Positions 1 through 6,638 of a stretch of DNA of 14,929 nucleotides are shown here, piece by piece. Under the pieces are notes generated by a model, which ran no database searches, was not told the origin of the DNA, and saw only the letters and a list, made by a program, of their open reading frames with translations. Origin of the DNA: a virus (taxonomy: Duplodnaviria; Heunggongvirae; Uroviricota; Caudoviricetes); the IMG/VR virus record IMGVR_UViG_3300042860_001920; one strand, given 5' to 3'. Each line of letters begins with the position of its first letter. The stretch's first letter is position 1. Made by a program: the position numbers and the translations under genes.

Positions 1-26
1 CTTATGATAATCCTTGGCGTGGTGAT

Positions 27-2513
27 ATGGTTTTATCAGCAGGTTCAACACTTTCAGCAAGAGATATAGACACTAACACAATTTCACCATTTTCTGGAAA
101 TATTGTAACTGTTCCATATCCATACACACTTTTAGTAAGTAATTTATCTGCAATTTCTGCAACAATTAATCAGGTTAATATATTAGTTCAAGAATTATCA
201 GGATTTAAGGTAGAAGGTACTGACGTTGGGATATACATTCATCCTATTATAGTACCAGGTTCTAATGATTTAAGTATTAGCAACGCACCAATTAGTTCAA
301 ATAGTTGGGTATCTATTGCAGGTGATTTACAAACTCAGAACGATTTATTTGTAAGCGGTATTGCACATATTGCTAATGAATATGTTACAAATCTTACAGC
401 AGTTAATCTAAGTGCTTTAAATGCAATTACTTATAATTTAACAGGTGTTAATAATTACTTCTCCAATGTAACAGTAAGTAATTGTTTATCAACGAATTGT
501 GTAAGTCCATATACAGCAGGAGCATCGATTTCAGCATATGGTAATATCGACATGCGAGGATACAGCATTTCAGGAATTGGTGATAATTCACTGAGTTTCC
601 AAAGTGGTGCTAAAATAACTAGTCAAAATAATGGTGGATTATTATTAAAACCGAACACTAGTGGACATCCTGATGATTATCCATATATACACATTATACA
701 AAATAATGATGGATTTACTGGCTACGGTGACATTGAAATAAGTTGTGCGTCTGGTGTAGATGCTTATGCAGTATTAACCAATGGTAGTTATGTTTCAGGA
801 CACCAATCTGCGTTTGGAGTTTATGGTGATGGTACTGCATCTATATTTGGTAATCCTGTTAATATATTTGGTGATGTTGATATGCAGGGGCATAGCATTT
901 CAGGAATTGGTAATAATTCACTGAGTTTCCAAAGTGGTGCAAAGATTAGTAGCCCAAGCAATGGATTGCAAATATCTACAAATAATTTACCAAGAACGAC
1001 AATTACTTCAGGTGGTAATGTAGGTATCGGGACAACTTCACCAGATTCACAATTATCACTGGCTGGTTATGGTGCAATATCAATGGTAACAGGTAATACT
1101 AAAGGATTTGTAACGCATCAATATGGAGCTGATACTGGTAAAGATTATCTATCATTAGGTAGTAATTTTACAAGAACAAATGGATTAACAGGAAACATTA
1201 ATGCTGGTGGGATGTATTCATCAGAAATTAGACTTGAAAATCAAACCGCTTTTGCTGGTGGTGAATCACAAGTGGTTATAGCAACAACAAATATTGCTGG
1301 TACTATACCAATAGACCGATTTGTTGTTAAAGGTAATGGTAATGTAGGTATAGGAACATCTACACCATATTATTCACTTGATGTAAATGGAACAACAAAT
1401 CTAAACGGAGATGTTCAATTTCCCAATAATACTTGGATGTATACACCAGATGGTAGCAATCGAATTTATTTAATAACAGGCGGAGCAACTCAAATTCAAG
1501 GTGTAGGAACGGGAGCACAACATAACTTGAGAGCTTCTGATGGTTCTAACATTATTACAACTTTATATAATGGTAATGTAGGTATTGGAACAGATACCCC
1601 AAATGCTAAACTTGATGTAAATGGAACAGCTAGAATTGGTGGTGATTTAACAGTTTCAAATAATTTTTCGGCAAATAATATATATCCATATACAGCAGGT
1701 GCGAGTATATCTGCGTTTGGCAATATCGACATGCGAGGATTTAGCATCTCAGGAATTGGTAATAATTCTTTAAGTTTACAAAGTGGTTTAAAGATTGGAT
1801 CGGATGTTGATGGAAGATTTATAGCAACATCTTATGCATTTTCTGAAAATGAAGCATGTCTTGCATACGGTCAACACTCCCACACCGAAGGTATACAAAC
1901 AAGTGCTATGGATTCCGCAGCACACGCAGAAGGACTTCGTACATACGCATTTGGTTTGTACTCACACGCCGAAGGTATACAAACACAAGCGAATGGAGAC
2001 TACTCACATGCAGCAGGTTATAATTCCATAGCATCACATGACAGAACATATGTTTGGAGTTCTCATAATACACAAGTAGCATCAACAAACACAGATCAAT
2101 TCACAGTAAGTGCTGGAAATGGTGTAAGATTAGGGCAAAATGTTGATATTAGTGGTGATTTAACAGTTAATAACCATTACATTAGTCCAAAAACAACAAC
2201 ACTCACCCCTCAAGCCAGTGTAACAACAGATTTGAGCACAGGAAATACATTTAGAATAACGGTAACAGGGTCTACAATGCTCATGAATCCCACTAATGCT
2301 ACTGATGGTGCTTTATATGTATGGTATATTAAACAAGATGGTGTAGGTAGTCATGCAATCACACTAGGTGATAAGTTTGTAATACCAACAACTGCTACTA
2401 CACCTTTAGCATTTTCTGTTTCTGCAAATTATATGGATATTTTTGCAGCAAGAGCAGATGCTACATTAGATAAAATGTATGTTATAAGTATGATTCCAGG
2501 TTACAGTATATAA
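27..2513 (+). CDS. Modular phage tail fibre protein (>=828 aa; probably 5'-truncated by the window edge)
   Basis: The frame is open from nt 3 (YDNPWRGD-M) with no RBS before ATG 27, so the true start is probably upstream. It has three GNVGIGTxxP beta-repeat motifs (1014, 1338, 1572) and three copies of an IDMxGxSISGIGxNSLSxQSGxKI module. Four 14-aa SHAEG repeats resemble YadA-head/Hep_Hag repeats (1878-2045). The C-terminal domain (DLSTGNTF..LMNPTNATDG..IKQDGVGSHAITLG) resembles one commonly seen at phage fibre ends. Ends TAA. Confidence 0.8.
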   Translation: MVLSAGSTLSARDIDTNTISPFSGNIVTVPYPYTLLVSNLSAISATINQVNILVQELSGFKVEGTDVGIYIHPIIVPGSNDLSISNAPISSNSWVSIAGDLQTQNDLFVSGIAHIANEYVTNLTAVNLSALNAITYNLTGVNNYFSNVTVSNCLSTNCVSPYTAGASISAYGNIDMRGYSISGIGDNSLSFQSGAKITSQNNGGLLLKPNTSGHPDDYPYIHIIQNNDGFTGYGDIEISCASGVDAYAVLTNGSYVSGHQSAFGVYGDGTASIFGNPVNIFGDVDMQGHSISGIGNNSLSFQSGAKISSPSNGLQISTNNLPRTTITSGGNVGIGTTSPDSQLSLAGYGAISMVTGNTKGFVTHQYGADTGKDYLSLGSNFTRTNGLTGNINAGGMYSSEIRLENQTAFAGGESQVVIATTNIAGTIPIDRFVVKGNGNVGIGTSTPYYSLDVNGTTNLNGDVQFPNNTWMYTPDGSNRIYLITGGATQIQGVGTGAQHNLRASDGSNIITTLYNGNVGIGTDTPNAKLDVNGTARIGGDLTVSNNFSANNIYPYTAGASISAFGNIDMRGFSISGIGNNSLSLQSGLKIGSDVDGRFIATSYAFSENEACLAYGQHSHTEGIQTSAMDSAAHAEGLRTYAFGLYSHAEGIQTQANGDYSHAAGYNSIASHDRTYVWSSHNTQVASTNTDQFTVSAGNGVRLGQNVDISGDLTVNNHYISPKTTTLTPQASVTTDLSTGNTFRITVTGSTMLMNPTNATDGALYVWYIKQDGVGSHAITLGDKFVIPTTATTPLAFSVSANYMDIFAARADATLDKMYVISMIPGYSI
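507..1796 (+). repeat. Three dispersed in-frame copies of a 26-37 aa fibre module (507-617, 870-947, 1686-1796)
   Basis: PYTAGASISAYGNIDMRGYSISGIGDNSLSFQSGAKI / GDVDMQGHSISGIGNNSLSFQSGAKI / PYTAGASISAFGNIDMRGFSISGIGNNSLSLQSGLKI. Nucleotides 564-610 and 894-940 match at 46 of 47 positions. Confidence 0.95.
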
Positions 2514-2528
2514 AAGGAGTAATTAATT

Positions 2529-3461
2529 ATGGCAAATGCAACATTAACATATTCATTAGATACACCAAGTGCGGGAGTAGCAACAATTACAGGAAGAAGT
2601 TCTTCTGGTGCTGAAGATTTGGTAATACCAGCAACAATTGGAGGACAGAATGTAGTGGCGATTGCTGAGAGTGCTTTTAGTTCACAATCAGATTTAATTT
2701 CTTTGGATTTATCAGGAGCTACGAATCTTTTGACTATTGGTAATTATGCATTTAATATATGTTATGGTTTTACAGGAAGTTTAACAATTGGTAATTCTGT
2801 TACAAGTATTGGTTATGCTACATTCGCTGGGTGTTCTGGTTTTACAGGAAGCTTAACGATAGGCAATTCAGTTACAAGTATTGGTTATAATGCATTCGCT
2901 GAGTGTTCTGGTTTTACAGGAAGTTTAACTATTGGTAATTCAGTTACAAGTATTGGTGATTATGTATTTACTCAGTGTTCTGGTTTTACAGGAAATTTAA
3001 CTATTGGTAATTCAGTTACAAGTATTGGTTATGCTACATTCGCTGGGTGTTCTGGTTTTACAGGAAGTTTAACAATTGGAAGTTCTGTTACAAGTATTGG
3101 TGATAGTGCATTCACTGGTTGTTCTGGTTTTACAGGAAATTTAACTATTCCAAATTCAGTTACAAGTATTGGTGAAAGCGCATTCTCTAGTTGTACTGGT
3201 TTTACTTCAATTTGGCTAAAAGGTAATGCCCCCACGCTTGGTACAGATGCTTTTACAGGAATAACTCCAACAGCATTTTTCACATTATCTGGAACAACTG
3301 GATATGAAGGATTTGCTTACCCGATTGCACAAGTTCAATTAGTTGAAAATCCTGCCAGTGAAGTTAAAGAAGGTGTTGCATATGGGATTAATGGAAGATT
3401 GACAGGAACATTAAAATCGGGTGGTGGAATTAATGGCAGTTCAATACTTGGCATAATTTAA
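2529..3461 (+). CDS. BspA/TpLRR-type leucine-rich repeat protein A (LRR_5-like), 310 aa, 7 Cys-containing 24-aa repeats
   Basis: RBS AGGAG at 2515-2519. Typical BspA N-cap (ATITG...LVIPATIGGQNVVAIAESAF). Repeat consensus GFTGSLTIGNSVTSIGxxAFxxCS. C-cap KGNAPTLG. No signal peptide. Ends TAA. Confidence 0.93.
   Translation: MANATLTYSLDTPSAGVATITGRSSSGAEDLVIPATIGGQNVVAIAESAFSSQSDLISLDLSGATNLLTIGNYAFNICYGFTGSLTIGNSVTSIGYATFAGCSGFTGSLTIGNSVTSIGYNAFAECSGFTGSLTIGNSVTSIGDYVFTQCSGFTGNLTIGNSVTSIGYATFAGCSGFTGSLTIGSSVTSIGDSAFTGCSGFTGNLTIPNSVTSIGESAFSSCTGFTSIWLKGNAPTLGTDAFTGITPTAFFTLSGTTGYEGFAYPIAQVQLVENPASEVKEGVAYGINGRLTGTLKSGGGINGSSILGII
2733..3203 (+). repeat. 72-bp coding tandem repeat array (7 units) in LRR gene A
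   Basis: Conserved core tgttctggttttacaggaa[g/a]tttaac.att...aattc.gttacaagtattggt alternates with variable codons. Nucleotides 2799-2851 and 3015-3067 are identical (53 bp, offset 3x72). Confidence 0.95.
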
Positions 3462-3473
3462 AGGAGATAATTT

Positions 3474-5117
3474 ATGGCAAATGCAACATTAACATATTTA
3501 TTAGATACACCAAGTGCGGGAGTAGCAACAATTACAGGAAGAAGTTCTTCTGGTGCTGAGGATGTAGTAATACCAGCAACAATTGGAGGACAGAATGTAG
3601 TGGCTATTGCTGATAGTGCTTTTGATTCACAATCAGATTTAACTTCTTTGGATTTATCAGGGGCTACTAATCTTTTAACTATTGGTAATCTGGCATTTTT
3701 TGGTTGTTCTGGATTTAATGGTACTTTAACAATTGGTAATTCTGTTACAAGTATTGGTGGGATGGCATTTTATAATTGTTCTGGTTTTACAGGAAATTTA
3801 GTTATTCCAAATACAGTTACAACTATTGGTAATGATGCATTTGGTAACTGTACTGGTTTTAATGGTACTTTAACTATTGGTAATTCAGTAACAAGTATTG
3901 GTGCTTATGCATTTCAAAGTTGTTCTGGTTTTACAGGAAGTTTAGTCATTCCTAATTCAGTTACAACTATTGGTGTTTCTGCATTTCAATATTGTACTGG
4001 TTTTACAGGAAGTTTAACTATTCCAAATTCAGTTACAAGTATTGGTGAAAGCGCATTCTCTAGTTGTACTGGTTTTAATGGTACTTTGACAATTGGAAAT
4101 TCTGTTACAAGTATTGGAGATCAGGCATTTTATGCATGTAATGGTTTTACAGGAAGTTTAGTAATTCCTAACTCAGTTACAAGTATTGGTGGTTATGCGT
4201 TTGGTAGTTGTGGTTTTACAGGAAGTTTAACGATTGGTAGTTCTGTTACAAGTATTGGCGATTTTGCATTCGCTGATTGTTATGGTTTTACAGGTACTTT
4301 AACAATCGGAAGTTCTGTGACAAGTATTGGTGAAGCTGCATTTTCGGGCTGTTATGGTTTTACAGGTGATTTAACAATCGGTAATTCTGTTACAACTATT
4401 GGTAATGATGCATTTAATATATGTTATGGTTTTACAGGAAGTTTAACAATTCCTGATTCAGTAACAAGTATTGGTATTTATGCATTTGGTAGTTGTACTG
4501 GTTTTACAGGAAGTTTAACAATTGGAAGTTCTGTAATAAGTATTGGTGAATCTGCATTTAATGGTTGTTCTAGTTTTACGGGTAATTTAACAATTCCTAA
4601 TTCGGTTACAAGTATTGGTGAAGCTGCATTTTATCAGTGTACTGGTTTTACAGGAAGTTTAACAATTGGTAGTTCTGTTACAAGTATTGGTGATTATGCA
4701 TTTTATGGTTGTTCTGGTTTTACAGGAAGTTTAACAATTCCTGATTCAGTAACAAGTATTGGTGATTATGCATTTAGTAGTTGTTCTGGTTTTACAGGAA
4801 ATTTAACAATTGGAAATTCTGTTACAAGTATTGATGAAGGTGCATTTTCCAATTGTACTGGTTTTACATCATGTTGGTTTAAAGGTAATGCCCCCACGCT
4901 TGGTGATGTTTTTGCTTATATGACTATATCGGCATTTTTCACATTATCTGGAACAACTGGATATGAAGGATTTGCTTACCCGATTGCAATAGTTCCATTA
5001 GTTGAAAATCCTGCCAGTGAAGTTAAAGAAGGTGTTGCTTATGGGATTAATGCAAGATTGACAGGAACATTAAAATCGGGTGGTGGAATTAATGGTTCAA
5101 TTATCGGGATGGTTTAA
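3474..5117 (+). CDS. BspA/TpLRR-type leucine-rich repeat protein B (LRR_5-like), 547 aa, 17 repeats; paralog of 2529-3461
   Basis: RBS AGGAG at 3462-3466. Same caps as paralog A. The 237-aa length difference equals 10 extra 24-aa repeats minus three single-residue deletions (repeat 8 is 23 aa). No signal peptide. Ends TAA. Confidence 0.93.
   Translation: MANATLTYLLDTPSAGVATITGRSSSGAEDVVIPATIGGQNVVAIADSAFDSQSDLTSLDLSGATNLLTIGNLAFFGCSGFNGTLTIGNSVTSIGGMAFYNCSGFTGNLVIPNTVTTIGNDAFGNCTGFNGTLTIGNSVTSIGAYAFQSCSGFTGSLVIPNSVTTIGVSAFQYCTGFTGSLTIPNSVTSIGESAFSSCTGFNGTLTIGNSVTSIGDQAFYACNGFTGSLVIPNSVTSIGGYAFGSCGFTGSLTIGSSVTSIGDFAFADCYGFTGTLTIGSSVTSIGEAAFSGCYGFTGDLTIGNSVTTIGNDAFNICYGFTGSLTIPDSVTSIGIYAFGSCTGFTGSLTIGSSVISIGESAFNGCSSFTGNLTIPNSVTSIGEAAFYQCTGFTGSLTIGSSVTSIGDYAFYGCSGFTGSLTIPDSVTSIGDYAFSSCSGFTGNLTIGNSVTSIDEGAFSNCTGFTSCWFKGNAPTLGDVFAYMTISAFFTLSGTTGYEGFAYPIAIVPLVENPASEVKEGVAYGINARLTGTLKSGGGINGSIIGMV
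3678..4865 (+). repeat. 72-bp coding tandem repeat array (17 units, one of 69 bp) in LRR gene B
   Basis: Same unit as gene A. Near-identical blocks recur at multiples of 72 bp, e.g. the GFTGSLTIPDSVTSIG block at about 4428 and 4716. Confidence 0.95.
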
Positions 5118-5218
5118 GAAATAATACCTGAACGAGTGTTTGGGTCAGTTAGTAAACAGAGGATATTCTTAAATTAAATAAGAACAAATAAAAAAGTATA
5201 TATTTTGTGTGTTAGTGG

Positions 5219-5226
5219 TATAAATA
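5219..5226 (+). promoter_or_regulatory. Putative T4-type late promoter TATAAATA
   Basis: Exact match to the T4 gp55-dependent late promoter consensus. It lies in the 131-bp intergenic gap, 5 nt before RBS AAGGAG (5232-5237) and 22 nt before ATG 5249. Caveat: the DNA is AT-rich, and TGGTATAAA could also act as an extended -10 element. Confidence 0.65.
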
Positions 5227-5248
5227 ATAGTAAGGAGTAAATATTTAT

Positions 5249-6370
5249 ATGAAAAAATTTCTTTTATCGATCTATTTACTATTAACATTGCCAATTTTTA
5301 GTACATTTGGTGCTGGTCCAGCGGAAACCGTTAATCATTGGGTTGATTATCGTGTGATGCCTACCTATTTTGGTGTGCCTCTGGTGGATACTAATTTAAA
5401 CCTCACGACAATTAGTAATGATGTTGCTAATTTAACGGTTAGAGTGAATACACTAGAAGCTCAGACTAATTCTTATGCAAGTTTGTATAGTCTTAATATG
5501 CTTTCTAACAGAGTAGTAACCTTAGAAAGTCAAACAAATAGCTATGCGTCAAAAAGTATTACAAATGACGTTAATAGTAAAGTCAGCACGAATACAACCG
5601 TAACAATTAATGGTGTAACGCAACAACTTTCTAGCAACCTTAATTTTACTGTAACTGGTGGAGAAGTTAGTTCAAATAGTTTTAATGACGTTTCTAACAG
5701 AGTAGTAACCTTAGAAAGTCAAACAAATAGCTATGCGTCAAAAAGTATTACAAATAGTATCAACAGTTTATCTAATCGTATAGAGAGTGTCAATACAAAT
5801 TTACAAGGTCAAATAACAGCCGAATATCAAAGAGCTACTAATGCTGAATATGATTTAGATTTGAAGATAGGTATTACGTCCAATTACTTCTATAACTATA
5901 GTACCAATTTAGGGTATTTGATAGATGTTAATTCGAATTTGACATATCAATACTTTACTAATCTTTCGGATCAGATTTTAATCAATTCTAATCAAACATT
6001 CCTATATTACACAAACGTATTACAATTGTTGTATGTGGAGACAAATCGTGCAAATAGTGCTGAAACGAATCTATCAGCCAGAATTGACATAGAAACCAAT
6101 CGTGCAATTTCTGCTGAGACTAATTTACAAGGTCAAGTATCATCTGCTACAAATAGAATCTTCGCATTAGAAGGTGTTACAATTACCATTAATAACGTAA
6201 CGTCTAATATAGTTGATAATCCTATTTTCACTATAGCTGGTGGAGGCTCGAATACCTTGATAGAAGGAACCGGATTTCTGATCATATCAGACAGCGGGCC
6301 GACGAGTTATGTATATCATGTAACGTCCAGCGGTATAACCAACAAACTAATAGAATCATTTAATCGGTAG
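5249..6370 (+). CDS. Thr-Asn-rich coiled-coil fibre-like protein with predicted Sec-type signal peptide, 373 aa
   Basis: RBS AAGGAG. N-terminus MKKFLLSIYLLLTLPIFSTFG|A (basic, hydrophobic, small-residue cleavage region). Repeats SNRVVTLESQTNSYASKSITN x2 and ETNRAxxAETNL x2. Two TIN(G/N)VT...N..FT(V/I)xGG motifs resemble phage fibre shaft repeats. Ends TAG. Confidence 0.8.
   Translation: MKKFLLSIYLLLTLPIFSTFGAGPAETVNHWVDYRVMPTYFGVPLVDTNLNLTTISNDVANLTVRVNTLEAQTNSYASLYSLNMLSNRVVTLESQTNSYASKSITNDVNSKVSTNTTVTINGVTQQLSSNLNFTVTGGEVSSNSFNDVSNRVVTLESQTNSYASKSITNSINSLSNRIESVNTNLQGQITAEYQRATNAEYDLDLKIGITSNYFYNYSTNLGYLIDVNSNLTYQYFTNLSDQILINSNQTFLYYTNVLQLLYVETNRANSAETNLSARIDIETNRAISAETNLQGQVSSATNRIFALEGVTITINNVTSNIVDNPIFTIAGGGSNTLIEGTGFLIISDSGPTSYVYHVTSSGITNKLIESFNR
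5502..5755 (+). repeat. Perfect 65-bp direct repeat (5502-5566 and 5691-5755) inside gene 4
   Basis: tttctaacagagtagtaaccttagaaagtcaaacaaatagctatgcgtcaaaaagtattacaaat occurs twice, offset 189 nt (63 codons). Confidence 0.95.
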
Positions 6371-6379
6371 GAGGCATCT

Positions 6380-6631
6380 ATGGCTAATGTAGTAAAATTC
6401 GATATCGTGGAGGCGTCCAACCTGACGGGGACGAACACTGGAGACCAGGAAGCGGGTACGTACGCCTATAACCCTGATGGAACACTGCATACGACCACAA
6501 CAGCGTATGGAGTGCGTACCATGGCGTATAATCCAGATGGTACGCTAGCGAGCATCACAGGGACGGGCGTCTACAAGACAAAGACATTTACGTATGTCGG
6601 CGGAGTTTTAACAGGAATCAGCGTGGAGTAA
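6380..6631 (+). CDS. Small phage protein with TGTNTGDQ motif and YD-like repeats, 83 aa (putative virion/fibre accessory)
   Basis: RBS AGGAGG (6369-6374) overlaps the upstream TAG. Contains NLTGTNTGDQ (a motif I recognise from phage fibres), YNPDGTL twice and KTKTFTYVGGVLTGIS. GC is about 50-60% in sampled lines. Confidence 0.8.
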   Translation: MANVVKFDIVEASNLTGTNTGDQEAGTYAYNPDGTLHTTTTAYGVRTMAYNPDGTLASITGTGVYKTKTFTYVGGVLTGISVE

Positions 6632-6638
6632 ATAAATT

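Noticed and set aside
27-1000. Apparent enrichment of Ser-Ala/Ser-Gly dipeptides (LSA, ISG, VSG) in gene 1 as a modification motif
   Set aside because: About 27 occurrences in 828 aa, partly due to the repeated module and the high S, G and A content. It cannot be shown to exceed expectation without computation.
27-2513. Peptidase S74 intramolecular chaperone, often found in fibres with GNVGIGT repeats
   Set aside because: No SD.RLK..I motif is visible near the C-terminus; the protein ends in a different domain.
2733-4865. Regular conserved/variable alternation resembling a CRISPR array
   Set aside because: The period is exactly 72 bp and in frame, the variable parts are homologous codons, and the units encode LRRs within intact ORFs. 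No cas genes or leader are present.
2733-4865. Diversity-generating retroelement acting on the LRR variable codons
   Set aside because: No reverse transcriptase or non-coding template repeat lies in the window. Several variable codons end in A or G (gaa, cag, ggg, atg, caa), which does not fit simple AAY-derived A-to-N mutagenesis. A remote DGR cannot be excluded without the full genome.
5126-5145. Hairpin acctgaac-gagt-gtttgggt just after LRR gene B as an intrinsic terminator
   Set aside because: The 8-bp stem has two G-U pairs and no following U-tract. It could be an RNA processing or stability element, but the support is too weak to call.
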